From positions 26,300 through 90,299 of the forward strand of contig JACPHD010000001.1 in NCBI GenBank assembly GCA_016188785.1: 64,000 nucleotides of DNA, read 5' to 3'. The stretch's first letter is position 1. Every line of letters starts with the position of its first letter. Origin of the DNA: Parcubacteria group bacterium (GTDB lineage: Bacteria; Patescibacteriota; Patescibacteriia; Patescibacteriales; GWC2-42-12). This document shows, piece after piece, positions 54,816-64,000 of this stretch. The position numbers and the translations under genes are program-made. Below the pieces are notes generated by a model. That model was not told the DNA's origin. It saw only the letters and a program-made list of their open reading frames with translations, and searched no databases.

Positions 54816-54856
54816 GGCCGGCAGTTCTTCTCTGAACTGCCGGCTCGCTTTTTTTG
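54816..54856 (+). terminator. Rho-independent terminator
   Basis: GGCCGGCAGTTC-TTCTCT-GAACTGCCGGC then a T-run. Confidence 0.7.
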
Positions 54857-54950
54857 ATTGGGTAGTATTTATAAAATTTTCGTGCGAGGACTGTTTGAGA
54901 CTGCCGCAGGCAGACGAGTTCCGCAGTAGAAAATTTTATAAATACTACCC
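54851..54950. repeat. 100-bp element bounded by 22-bp inverted repeats GGGTAGTATTTATAAAATTTTC
   Basis: Arms at 54851-54872 and 54929-54950. Confidence 0.6.
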
Positions 54951-54980
54951 AATAATCAAATGTCAATAATCTCTTGCCAT

Positions 54981-55595
54981 TTAACTTAATCCAACCTCAT
55001 CAATCACCACTAATTTTCGGCTGTCTAAAATGCCGTAAAGAAATATGTCCGTGATATCGCGGCGGTACTTAAACTCCTGGCTGTCAAAAACCGTGAAATT
55101 AATTTCTTTGCCCAACTCAACTTCCAGCTCCCTAATTAGTTTTACTAACTTGATTTTATTAATCTTGCCGACAATCAGTATATCAATTAAAGTATTTGGA
55201 TTATTAACAAAAATACCGGTCAAAATCAATAATTTTACTTTGCCGATGGCATTAAGCTTGCGCACAAAATCTTTTTCATACAAAATCTGCGCCTTAACGA
55301 TTAAAGCCTTAATCTCGTCAAACAAAACAAAATTAGGATTAGCGCGAAAATATTTTTTTTCCTGGCCGCCGGCCGCTTCTTTCTCGCCTTTCGTCGCTTC
55401 TTCTTTCATATCTGATTTTATATCTGACGTTAAAATGCCGAACTTTTCCAAGTTCTCCAGTTCGCGGCGCACCGAATTAAGCTGCAGTTTTAAGTCGCGC
55501 GATAATTGCCTGATATAAAACTTTTCCGCCGGATTAAGCAGAAATAATTTTAATATTTTAACCCTGGAATTTGAGCCGAATAATTTTTCAAGCAT
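54981..55595 (-). CDS. Winged-helix transcriptional regulator-like protein
   Basis: N-terminal 'RVKILKLFLLNPAEKFYIRQLSRDLKLQLNSVRRELENLEKFGIL'. Confidence 0.45.
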   Translation of the reverse strand: MLEKLFGSNSRVKILKLFLLNPAEKFYIRQLSRDLKLQLNSVRRELENLEKFGILTSDIKSDMKEEATKGEKEAAGGQEKKYFRANPNFVLFDEIKALIVKAQILYEKDFVRKLNAIGKVKLLILTGIFVNNPNTLIDILIVGKINKIKLVKLIRELEVELGKEINFTVFDSQEFKYRRDITDIFLYGILDSRKLVVIDEVGLS

Positions 55596-55702
55596 GTCTT
55601 AATTGCTTATGGCTTAACTTATTTACAGTTTTATTGTATAATAAATATGTTATTTAGTCAAAAACAAATAACTTGATTTTATATTAACTAAATTCGCCTT
55701 TT

Positions 55703-57988
55703 ATGAATTATAAAATAGCCCAGTTTATCATAACTCCGGGCCAGCGCCATGACTTAATCCATGAAATTTATATCGCTCAGCCGGACGCGGACAAAGAAGC
55801 TTTGGCCGGAAAGCTGTTTGCTTTAATCGAGCTTCAAGCGAAAAAAACCGACAGCCTTAAAATTATTAATTTTTTAATTAGCGCTCTTAACCATGATTAT
55901 TATCAAAACGAGAAAATGATCTTGCGCGAGCGGGTGGCCAGCATAAAGATAGAACATATTTTTGAATCGGCTCTGGCTAAAACCAATAAAAAACTGGCGG
56001 AATTTTTGCTAAGTGAAAAAATCAGGCTAAACCCGGCGCGAGCCAATATCACTATCGGCGTAATTTATAATGACAGCCTGCATTTTTCCAATTTAGGGAA
56101 AAATAAAGCCCTACTGATATATAAAAGCAAAACCGAAAACAGTCTAAAATATAAACTAGCCGATATCACCGAGCAAACGGACAAGGGCGAGACAAAAAAA
56201 CCTTCAAACATAATCAAATTATTTTCTAATGTCGTTAGCGGCGCTCTGCCGCCGGGCGGCTATTTTATTTTCTCAAGCGAAACTCTCTCCGAGTACCTTT
56301 CAGCCAAGCAGATTATTGGCATTATAACGGCCTTACCGCCGGGCGGCGCGGCCGAACAAATTAAAAATACCCTAAGTAAAATTAACGCTTACGTGCCCTT
56401 TTTGGGCATTATCATAAAAAATACCGCCGGCGCGGACCTGGCGGAAATAAAAATTAAAAAGCCGATCGCCTCAACCAGGGCTTCAATTGATAATTTAATC
56501 GCCACCGAAGAGCAAACGGAAAAATTACTTACTCCTTCCGGCTTAGTCAACGGTAAAACCTGGTCATCTTTTTTTAACGGCCTAACCGGCCGCTTTAGCT
56601 TTAAGCCGACCCATCAAATCGGCGGAAAAACGTTTTTACTTAAAGATAAAATTTTTTCCGGAAAAAGAACCAGCTGGTTTTCTCTTAAAAAAATCTTTAA
56701 CCTTTTAAAAAGCTATCTAGTCTGGCTTATCGGCTTATCGGCTTACCTGTTTAAAATATTATCCAACAAAGAAAAGCTGGCCGCATTGTTTAGCCAGTTA
56801 ATTTTAAGCGCGAAAAATTCCTATCGAAAAATCAAGACAGCTTCATTCAGGCTGTTTTTCTGGTACAAAAATCTTAACCGAATGAATAAAATTTTATTAT
56901 CGGCTTTTTTAGTTTGCCTGATAATTCTTTATTCCGGCTTAACCTGGCAAAATATAAAAAATAAACAAGTAAAAAACCAAGCCGCCCTGGGCGGTTTAAT
57001 CGCGGCGATTGAGCAGAAACAAAACCAAATTGACGCCAGTTTATTATATAATAATGAAGCCGGTGCCAAAAAACTGCTTGAAGAAGTTAACGAGTTGATA
57101 GCGGAACTGCCGCGAAAAAACCAAGCGCAAAAAGACCAATATAATATATTAACGGCCAAACAGCGGGTACAAACGGAAAAAATAAGCCGGGTTGTCCGCA
57201 CCGAGGCGGTGGAAGTGGCTAATTTTATAAACCTTAACGCCGGCGCCAAGCCGGCTAATATTACCCTAACGCAAGAAAAAATATTTGCCGCTGACGCGGC
57301 GCAAAAAACCATCTACAGTATTGATTTAAAAAGCAAACTTACCACGGCCATAAGTTTAACCGGCCAAACTATAAGCCGGCTTGATTTTCCAGGCCTTGAC
57401 AAAAACAATAATATCGCTTATTTTAATGTCGGCAGTATTATCGTTTTTGACGCTAAAACCGAAAAATTATCCGCCCTAGAAATTGACTATCCGGCCAAGC
57501 CGCAAAAAATAATTGGCTTTAAACAATACAATAACCGCTATTATCTGGCCGACCAGATTAACCGGCAAATTTATCGTTTTAATAAAAACGGCTCTAAGCT
57601 AACCGGCGCCGCCTGGCTAAACTCGCCGGAAGATTTAACCGGCGCGGCCAGTCTTGATATTGACGGCAATGTTTATCTCTTAAAAAATAACGGCGAGATT
57701 TATCAGTACAGCAAAGGTAAAAAGCAAGAATTTCTCCTGGCCGAGATTGAACCGAATTTTAGCCAAGCGGCTAAACTCGCTCTTTCAGAAAAACAAGATC
57801 GCCTTTATATCTTTGAACCAGCCGGCAAAAGATTGGTTGTCTTTGATAAAAAAGGCAATTTTATCAATCAATACGTGAATGATAAATTAGATAACTTAAA
57901 AGATTTTCAAATTGATGAAGCTAATAAAAAAATATATTTCTTAAATGGCGCCGCGGTTTATTCTGTTGATATGATTAACACCAAATAA
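55703..57988 (+). CDS. Membrane protein: N-terminal cytoplasmic domain (possibly degenerate PP2C-like), one TM, C-terminal beta-propeller-like repeats
   Basis: TM 'ILLSAFLVCLIILYSGL'. Repeated 'YxF/IY' beta-strand motifs at the C-terminus. Confidence 0.45.
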   Translation: MNYKIAQFIITPGQRHDLIHEIYIAQPDADKEALAGKLFALIELQAKKTDSLKIINFLISALNHDYYQNEKMILRERVASIKIEHIFESALAKTNKKLAEFLLSEKIRLNPARANITIGVIYNDSLHFSNLGKNKALLIYKSKTENSLKYKLADITEQTDKGETKKPSNIIKLFSNVVSGALPPGGYFIFSSETLSEYLSAKQIIGIITALPPGGAAEQIKNTLSKINAYVPFLGIIIKNTAGADLAEIKIKKPIASTRASIDNLIATEEQTEKLLTPSGLVNGKTWSSFFNGLTGRFSFKPTHQIGGKTFLLKDKIFSGKRTSWFSLKKIFNLLKSYLVWLIGLSAYLFKILSNKEKLAALFSQLILSAKNSYRKIKTASFRLFFWYKNLNRMNKILLSAFLVCLIILYSGLTWQNIKNKQVKNQAALGGLIAAIEQKQNQIDASLLYNNEAGAKKLLEEVNELIAELPRKNQAQKDQYNILTAKQRVQTEKISRVVRTEAVEVANFINLNAGAKPANITLTQEKIFAADAAQKTIYSIDLKSKLTTAISLTGQTISRLDFPGLDKNNNIAYFNVGSIIVFDAKTEKLSALEIDYPAKPQKIIGFKQYNNRYYLADQINRQIYRFNKNGSKLTGAAWLNSPEDLTGAASLDIDGNVYLLKNNGEIYQYSKGKKQEFLLAEIEPNFSQAAKLALSEKQDRLYIFEPAGKRLVVFDKKGNFINQYVNDKLDNLKDFQIDEANKKIYFLNGAAVYSVDMINTK

Positions 57989-58024
57989 AAAAAGACGTAT
58001 CATAAAAAACGTCTTTTTTATTTT
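57987..58024. terminator. Bidirectional intrinsic terminator between convergent genes
   Basis: AAAAGACGT-loop-ACGTCTTTTTT. Confidence 0.65.
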
Positions 58025-58028
58025 ACGC

Positions 58029-58445
58029 TTATTTAAGAGTAACTTTGGCGCCAACCTCTTCCAGCCTCTTTTTCATGGCTTCAGCGTCTTCTTTCTTAAC
58101 GGCCTCTTTTAAAATTTTAGGAGCGGCATCAACTAAGTCTTTAGCGTCCTTTAAGCCCATTTCGGTTAATTCACGGACCGCTTTAATAACCGCGATCTTG
58201 TTGGAGCCAGCTTCGGTTATTTCAACGTTAAAGCTGGTCTTCTCTTCCGCCTCGGCCGGAGCGGCGGCCCCGCTTGGCGGGGCCATCATCATGGCTGGAG
58301 CCGCGGCGGAAACGTCGAATTTCTTTTCTAAAATTTTAACCAACTCGGCTAAATCTAAAACCGACATTTTCTCAATAATTTCCACCAACGTTTTAAACTT
58401 TTCCGGCACTTCAATTTTTTCCTCCTGATTTATTTCTTCTGGCAT
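58029..58445 (-). CDS. rplL: 50S ribosomal protein L7/L12
   Basis: '[10 protein letters not shown]', Ala-rich hinge, '[17 protein letters not shown]'. Confidence 0.9.
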   Translation of the reverse strand: MPEEINQEEKIEVPEKFKTLVEIIEKMSVLDLAELVKILEKKFDVSAAAPAMMMAPPSGAAAPAEAEEKTSFNVEITEAGSNKIAVIKAVRELTEMGLKDAKDLVDAAPKILKEAVKKEDAEAMKKRLEEVGAKVTLK

Positions 58446-58615
58446 ATGTTTTTTAAATTTCTAATTTTCAATTTTTAATTTCTAAACAATTTTTTAGTTC
58501 TCCAATTCTCAATGATTTTTTTAATTTGAAAATTTCATCATTGAAAATTGTTTGAAAATTGAGAATTGAGAATTGAAAATTGAAAATTTTAATTATTATT
58601 TAATTATATAAATTA
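58446..58615. repeat. Octamer repeats (TTGAAAAT/ATTTTCAA) in the rplJ-rplL intergenic region
   Basis: 'gaaaattgagaattgagaattgaaaattgaaaatttt'. Confidence 0.7.
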
Positions 58616-59143
58616 TTATCTATCGCTAACGGCCTTTAAAACTTGAATTAAATTCCTAATATTACCGGCCAAAGCATTAACCAAACCGGAAACCGGGGCG
58701 TTAATGGCGCCGACGACTTTACTGTATAGCTCCTGCTTGCTCGGTAAAATCGCCAGATTAGCGACTTGGTCCATATCGATATATCTGTTTTCTAAAACGC
58801 CGCCGATAAATTCAATTTTTCCCTCCTTATCCTTATCTTTTTTAAACTGGCCGACTATCTTGGCCGGAGAAACTTCATCGCTATAACCGAAAATCGCGGC
58901 TACTTGCCCGGTAAATTTTTTTACATCCAAACCGGTAATTGCCTTGTCTTTTAAGGCCAGGCTGAATAAAGTCTTTTTAGCCACATAATATTCATTATTT
59001 TCTTGGCGCAATCTTAACCTTAAATCTTCATTTTCTTTTACTGTCAAACCGCTATATTTAGTAAAAATAATTGACTTGGCTTTGGTTATTTTATCGTTTA
59101 GCTGTTTTAAAATTGTTCTTTTCTGCTCTTTTGTTTTAGGCAT
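58616..59143 (-). CDS. rplJ: 50S ribosomal protein L10
   Basis: Typical L10 sequence, adjacent to rplL. Confidence 0.9.
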   Translation of the reverse strand: MPKTKEQKRTILKQLNDKITKAKSIIFTKYSGLTVKENEDLRLRLRQENNEYYVAKKTLFSLALKDKAITGLDVKKFTGQVAAIFGYSDEVSPAKIVGQFKKDKDKEGKIEFIGGVLENRYIDMDQVANLAILPSKQELYSKVVGAINAPVSGLVNALAGNIRNLIQVLKAVSDR

Positions 59144-59284
59144 AGAATAAGTTTATTAAACAAAAAATCTGCTAAAACGCAGACTAAAAGATTAGCTAAA
59201 ATTAGCTTTGTCTCGGCAGGATTTATCGGGTTTAATCCCCTACCCGCTGTCTGCGACTTGGTTATTATATATAATATACTAAAC

Positions 59285-59662
59285 TTATTTAGATGGCAAG
59301 ACCCTTACCTGATTTTCCAGTTGAACAACTCTTTTCTTCAAATTTTCAATTTCATTATTCATAACTAAAATATCTTCATTCAATGCTTTGTTAATTCTGT
59401 CCATTTTCTCTTCAAGCCGTTTAATATCCTGCCTGATAGAGCGTAATTCCTGCCAAATCGGACTTAATTTTTCTTCCAGCTTAGATTCCAGTTTTTCTTC
59501 CAGCTTAGATTCCAGTTTTTCTTCCAGCTTAGATTCCAGTTTTTCTAATTTTTCGTCCAATTTCTGATCAATCATCGTCCCTACCGCCGGTAGTAAAACT
59601 TCTTCGGTGAATTTACCAAGATCTTCCAAAGTTAATGGTTTTTGCAAATTATTTTCTATCAT
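59285..59662 (-). CDS. Coiled-coil protein with 24-bp tandem repeats (ESKLEEKL x3)
   Basis: Nucleotide tandem repeat at 59462-59540. Confidence 0.5.
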   Translation of the reverse strand: MIENNLQKPLTLEDLGKFTEEVLLPAVGTMIDQKLDEKLEKLESKLEEKLESKLEEKLESKLEEKLSPIWQELRSIRQDIKRLEEKMDRINKALNEDILVMNNEIENLKKRVVQLENQVRVLPSK

Positions 59663-59692
59663 AATAGTAGTTTAACACAGCTAAAAATTATG

Positions 59693-60140
59693 TCAATTTT
59701 TATCAGCTTTTTTCTTTTCTCGATCATCTTTGATAATGTTAGCAATTTCTGCCATAACCTCTCTCGGCGTGCAGTCGCGCTTGAAGATATAGGCTTCGGC
59801 TCCCATTTTCTCGCTTTTATCCCGATCTTGAGGCGTGTCTAAATTAGTAAAAACCACGATGGGAATATTTTTGGTTTTAGGATTTTTCTTGACCGCCGCC
59901 AGATATTCCCAGCCCTGTTCGGCAACGGCGTTGTCCGGCTTGGGAATAATAATGTCCAGGAGCACTAAATCAGGCTGTTCTAGCTCGGTTAGCATTAGGG
60001 CTTCGTTGATGTCTTTGGTTGATAAAAAATCATAGCCATGGCTTTCTAAAAAATAATGGTAAATATTTACCAATTCTTTTTCATCCTCAACAAAAAGGAT
60101 TCGGCCTTTGTCCGACTTCATAACGTTGGTTGGTTTCATA
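59693..60140 (-). CDS. Stand-alone response regulator receiver
   Basis: 'ILFVEDE', 'LVLLDIIIP'. Start taken at MKPTNVM. Confidence 0.75.
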
Positions 60141-60149
60141 TGGTTATAG

Positions 60150-62426
60150 TTAAACTTTTTTAAATCTGACGATCTTTTTCCGCGAGACCGGTTTTTCCTG
60201 ACTGGCGTCAGGTTGCTGATTCTTATAAATTGGCAGGGTAAAACTAAAAGTTGCGCCCTTATCCTGGCCTTGGCTAATACCGGCCAGCTCCCCCCAATTG
60301 CCCTCCACAATTTTTTTGGCGATGAAAAGGCCTAAACCTGAACCATCCGGCCGTAAATCCGTGGCGTTATTGCCGCGAGAAAATTTTTGAAATAACTTCT
60401 TTTTGTCTTCCTCGGAAATTCCGACGCCAGTGTCTTTAACATTGACTTGCAAATAATTGTCATCAAGCAGTTCATAGTATAGCGTGACTTTGCCTTGCCG
60501 AGTGTAGTAGACGGCATTGTCCAAGAGGTTGGAGACAACGTGAGCGATTTTTTTGTAGTCGCACCAAACTATCGGCATCTTGAATTTAGGTTCTAAAACC
60601 TCAATGGTTAAGTTTCTTTCCCGCGCCAATTGCATTTTTTGTTTTTCCGGAATAAGTCGGCTGACTATTTCAGTAATATCGGTTTTTTGCGGCTGCATTT
60701 TCATCCGTTCGCCTTCCAGCTCATAGGCGTCCCAGAAGTCGGCCACGGTTGAGCTGATTCTCTCCAGGCCGGCTTTAATTGACGGCATGGCTTTATCGGC
60801 CGGATATGAACCTTCCTCCATCATGGAAAAATAGCCTTTCATGACGGATAGCGGCGTATTGAGCTGGTGATTAACTGTTCGCAAAAAATCGGATTTCATT
60901 TCCAGCAGTTCTTGAAGGTATTTATTCTTTTCCTCAATTTCTCCGCTTTTTGTTCTGATGTCTTTAGTCTGTTCATCCACCTTGCCTTGCAAGGTCTTAC
61001 TGAAATCCTGAACTTGTTTATACAGCAGAGCGTTTTCTAAAGCGATGGCGGCTTGATAAGTAAAAACGTTTAAAAGCTGGATGTCGTCGATAGAAAACAC
61101 GTCACCCGATTGTTTGTCGCCTAACGCTAAAACTCCTATAAGAATATTATTTGAAATAATAGGAAGGCACACGGCGATATCAAGATTTTGCATCTCGCGC
61201 ACAATTGACTCCGCTTGCGCCATCGGCATTCTTAATTTACCACGCTCTATCTCAATCTTTAATTCTGCACTAACTAATTCCATTTTACTATCGGATAGAT
61301 ATTTAATTAAGGGTTTTTTCTTTGAAAAATAAATATCAAAAAGTATATTTAAATTAACCTGCTTAATCTCGGCTGGTAAATCTTTTCCGTTGTTCCACAA
61401 CACTATGGCAATTTTTTCCACCTTTAAGGCGTTTTTAATGGTAGCTGTGGTCGTATCCAGTAGATTCTGCAAATCCATTATCCGAGTCATTGATTCGGTC
61501 AATTCTCTAAAAATTTTTTGATAGTTATATTTTTCCTGAAAAAAATAACGGTCGGTAACACGACGAAAAAAATGGATAAGCGGCTCAAGACCTAGAGAAA
61601 TTACAACTGAACCAAGAATAATTCCCCGGAAAGTACTGCCTAAAATATTTTGGCCAAGAAAAAAAACAACAAAGATAAATATCATTCCAACCGCAACAAC
61701 TGTTAAGGTGTAAAGAATACTGCGAACAACAAAAAGGCGAATATCAAGAAGACGGTGGCGCATGATAGCGTAAGCAATTGAACTACTCCATATTATAGTA
61801 AATATCGGGCCTATCCAAATATATTGAAAATTGTGAAAAAGGGGAGAGGGTAAAATTAAATTAAATAACATTCCTAAAATACCAGCGATAGAACCACTTG
61901 ATACAATATAAAATATTTGTTTTGCCACTATTCCACTACTCGTAAAATATTTCTTCCAAAAAATTATCATCCCCCCTAAAAAAGTAAGTGTAAAAAATAA
62001 AGAAAAAATGTAATATCCAAAAGAATTTAACATCACATCGTTTCCCCAATTTTTTGCAACAATACTTTGAACTAAAAAACCAGGAATAAAAACTAAAAAT
62101 AATAGAAACAATGATACTAATAAAAGTATTATTCCCGTAAACCTATATTTCTTTTTCTTTAAAGGAAAAACCAAAGACATATAATAAAAAGAGGCGCCGA
62201 TTACAACAGCCGCCCCATAAGAACTTCTCATTAACAATTCATCAGTATTTAAACTTATAGATAGATGATAAAAACCTAACACTAATGCCCAAAGTCCAAC
62301 CGCGAAAGCAAAAATCGAAAAAAAAATATTAATCTGGCTTTTCTTGTTCCTAAAATACACAATCCAAGCAAGAAAAATATTTACTATAGCAACTATTATT
62401 AATAGAATAGCTTTGAAATTAAACAT
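60150..62426 (-). CDS. Sensor histidine kinase: multi-TM N-terminus, GAF-like, HisKA, HATPase_c
   Basis: H-box 'VNHQLNTPL', 'DTGVGISEE', 'GSGLGLFIAKKIVE'. Confidence 0.8.
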   Translation of the reverse strand: MFNFKAILLIIVAIVNIFLAWIVYFRNKKSQINIFFSIFAFAVGLWALVLGFYHLSISLNTDELLMRSSYGAAVVIGASFYYMSLVFPLKKKKYRFTGIILLLVSLFLLFLVFIPGFLVQSIVAKNWGNDVMLNSFGYYIFSLFFTLTFLGGMIIFWKKYFTSSGIVAKQIFYIVSSGSIAGILGMLFNLILPSPLFHNFQYIWIGPIFTIIWSSSIAYAIMRHRLLDIRLFVVRSILYTLTVVAVGMIFIFVVFFLGQNILGSTFRGIILGSVVISLGLEPLIHFFRRVTDRYFFQEKYNYQKIFRELTESMTRIMDLQNLLDTTTATIKNALKVEKIAIVLWNNGKDLPAEIKQVNLNILFDIYFSKKKPLIKYLSDSKMELVSAELKIEIERGKLRMPMAQAESIVREMQNLDIAVCLPIISNNILIGVLALGDKQSGDVFSIDDIQLLNVFTYQAAIALENALLYKQVQDFSKTLQGKVDEQTKDIRTKSGEIEEKNKYLQELLEMKSDFLRTVNHQLNTPLSVMKGYFSMMEEGSYPADKAMPSIKAGLERISSTVADFWDAYELEGERMKMQPQKTDITEIVSRLIPEKQKMQLARERNLTIEVLEPKFKMPIVWCDYKKIAHVVSNLLDNAVYYTRQGKVTLYYELLDDNYLQVNVKDTGVGISEEDKKKLFQKFSRGNNATDLRPDGSGLGLFIAKKIVEGNWGELAGISQGQDKGATFSFTLPIYKNQQPDASQEKPVSRKKIVRFKKV

Positions 62427-62464
62427 AAAAAATAACTAATTCTATTTTTATTATAAACTATTTT

Positions 62465-62523
62465 ACCCAAAATACAAGAGAAGCCCGGTGAAATGTTTTC
62501 TTAAAAAACAACATTTCACCGGG
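62465..62523 (-). terminator. Hairpin terminator after the KAS-III-like gene
   Basis: 14-bp perfect stem CCCGGTGAAATGTT/AACATTTCACCGGG. Confidence 0.45.
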
Positions 62524-62588
62524 CTGGTGGCTTCCTTATTATCGTCATAAGATCACCTCTCTTCCATAAATTATATAAAGAGTAGTGA

Positions 62589-63614
62589 TTATAGACGAAC
62601 CAGAAAAGCGCCATAATGTGCACCTGCGCCAACAGCGCAGAATAGCACTAAATCATTCTCCTTAACGATACCGTTACGCCGATCCTCATTGAGAAGTACT
62701 AAGGTGCTTGCGGCCGACAAATTGCCATACTTATCTACATTAACGGCCACTCGCTCAAATGGCACCTCTAGAAAGTTGGCGAAACTTTTCAGGACCCAAT
62801 AATTAGCCTGGTGAAAATAAAATCGTTTGACTTCATCTAATTCAAACGAGTATTTTTTCATCAGACCGTTAAGGCTACGCTTCATCAAGGCGGGAAATAA
62901 TTCTTTTACCGCCTTTGCGTCAATCTCGTAAACGGGAGTATCTGCCCCGCTCTTTTTGTGATAATACATGAGCGGATGAGATCCGTCCGCTCCATAATAA
63001 GTGGCAATAATTCCCGTTTTGCCATTTAAACTTCGTTGCAGAATCATGGCCCCGGCACCATCACCAAAAACATAGGCACTCAGCCATGCTCCCGTCTTGA
63101 TATAAGAATCAAGATTATTAAATTGGCCCGACGGTTTATTACTGGCCACCACAAGGATGTTTATCTTATCATCTCCTTTAATCATATCATTGGAAATACC
63201 AATCGCTTGCATGGTACCACCACATCCACTGTCAATTTCAAACGCAAACGCATGAGAACTGAGTTCAAGTCGGCTATGAAGCTCAATTGCCGCTCTACTA
63301 AAATGACAGTATTCCTCAAGATCCTGAGTACAGGTGACATACCATAAACCATCAATTTCGTCAGGTTTCAAGTCCGCATCCTTGATGGCTTCGAGAGCAG
63401 CGAAATATGCCATATCCAGGTCGCCGATCTCGTGTTTATCAGCAGTACCAATCAGCGATTCTATCCTGCCTGCAAACCTCCTTTCTTTTATACCAAGATT
63501 CTTATAGATCCACTCGGAATTTTTCTGTTTTACAATTGAAACCATTTCTTCATTTGTATAAATCTCCTTGGGAATAAAACTACCAGTTCCTGCAATCCTG
63601 ACTCTTTTACACAT
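62589..63614 (-). CDS. 3-oxoacyl-ACP synthase III-like (FabH/KAS III or type III PKS-like thiolase fold)
   Basis: Active-site Cys in 'EIDSGCGGTM'; His/Asn region 'FHQANYWVL'. AGGAGG Shine-Dalgarno. Confidence 0.7.
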   Translation of the reverse strand: MCKRVRIAGTGSFIPKEIYTNEEMVSIVKQKNSEWIYKNLGIKERRFAGRIESLIGTADKHEIGDLDMAYFAALEAIKDADLKPDEIDGLWYVTCTQDLEEYCHFSRAAIELHSRLELSSHAFAFEIDSGCGGTMQAIGISNDMIKGDDKINILVVASNKPSGQFNNLDSYIKTGAWLSAYVFGDGAGAMILQRSLNGKTGIIATYYGADGSHPLMYYHKKSGADTPVYEIDAKAVKELFPALMKRSLNGLMKKYSFELDEVKRFYFHQANYWVLKSFANFLEVPFERVAVNVDKYGNLSAASTLVLLNEDRRNGIVKENDLVLFCAVGAGAHYGAFLVRL

Positions 63615-63916
63615 TGTATACCTCCTTTTATATTATATACAAACTTCCTTAGAATTGTTAGCCAGAACATTTTAACGAGCCAACCGCTACCGCCCACGGC
63701 TTTAACCAAAAGCCATCAGCCAATAACAATTTTTATCTTAATTTTAACGGCGTTGCGTTAAAACTAAATTAAAAAGCGTTATTATAACGCTTTCACCATA
63801 GCCGAAAATGTTGGTTTTGTCAAAAATTTTTAATTTTTGGCTAAAATTTTATTAGGATCTATTTTTATTTTTAAGTTTTCATGATATTATATTAACATTA
63901 AGAATAAACCCAACAA

Positions 63917-64000
63917 CATGAAAAAAGAAAAAATTGTAATTTGTTCCAGCATGTCTTTTTTGGAGGAGATAAATCAATGGAGAGAAAAATTGGAAAAAAA
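63917..64000 (+). CDS. 5' end of an ORF running off the window (MKKEKIVICSS...)
   Basis: Partial ORF only. Confidence 0.25.

Overview
This 64-kb window looks like it comes from a small-genome, CPR/Patescibacteria-like bacterium. Cell-envelope and housekeeping genes are interleaved with AT-rich defence/mobile islands and several families of short intergenic repeats.

Core content, almost all on the minus strand:
- a glycosyltransferase/sugar-epimerase cluster (GT4 x3, GT2, a DUF2304-like membrane protein, a UDP-sugar epimerase/dehydratase-type Rossmann enzyme)
- an S8 peptidase with FG-GAP repeats, mreB, and a DUF4012-like membrane-anchored protein
- a MacB/FtsX-type ABC efflux set (two permeases, an ATPase, a HlyD-like adaptor)
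- two stand-alone receiver-domain proteins and one sensor kinase
- dnaX, tRNA-Gln(CUG), a VirD4/TraG-like ATPase, a CorA-like transporter, dusB, cysS, rplJ-rplL
- a stand-alone FabH/KAS-III-like enzyme

Accessory content:
- an MvaI/BcnI-like type II R-M operon with a Z1-domain NTPase (97-3869)
- a LexA gene directly upstream of a BcgI-like (type IIB/IIG) restriction-modification system (21894-25560)
- a divergent/convergent R-M module (34614-39564) in which a complete LexA (HTH plus S24 peptidase) is fused in-frame to a gamma-class N6-adenine methyltransferase, next to a PD-ExK nuclease, an XRE/C-protein and C-box palindromes
- an IS481-like transposase, two NYN RNases, an amidase_2 lysin-like protein, a zeta-toxin-like kinase, DUF3800, and a high-GC B12-radical-SAM gene

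The LexA-methyltransferase fusion and the shared direct-repeat promoter design of the two lexA-like genes are the most unusual signals.

Non-coding structure is also rich:
- a 'TGTCATTGCGAGG...CCTCGCAATGACA' MITE family (4 copies)
- an 'ACCCCGTTAGAAGTT/AACTTCTAACGGGGT' inverted-repeat element that encloses the start codons of envelope genes (5 copies)
- a ~200-bp repeat family whose end resembles the tRNA-Gln 3' end
- 7-8-nt microsatellites that also sit in coding regions

All calls are from reading the sequence and ORF translations; no database searches were run.
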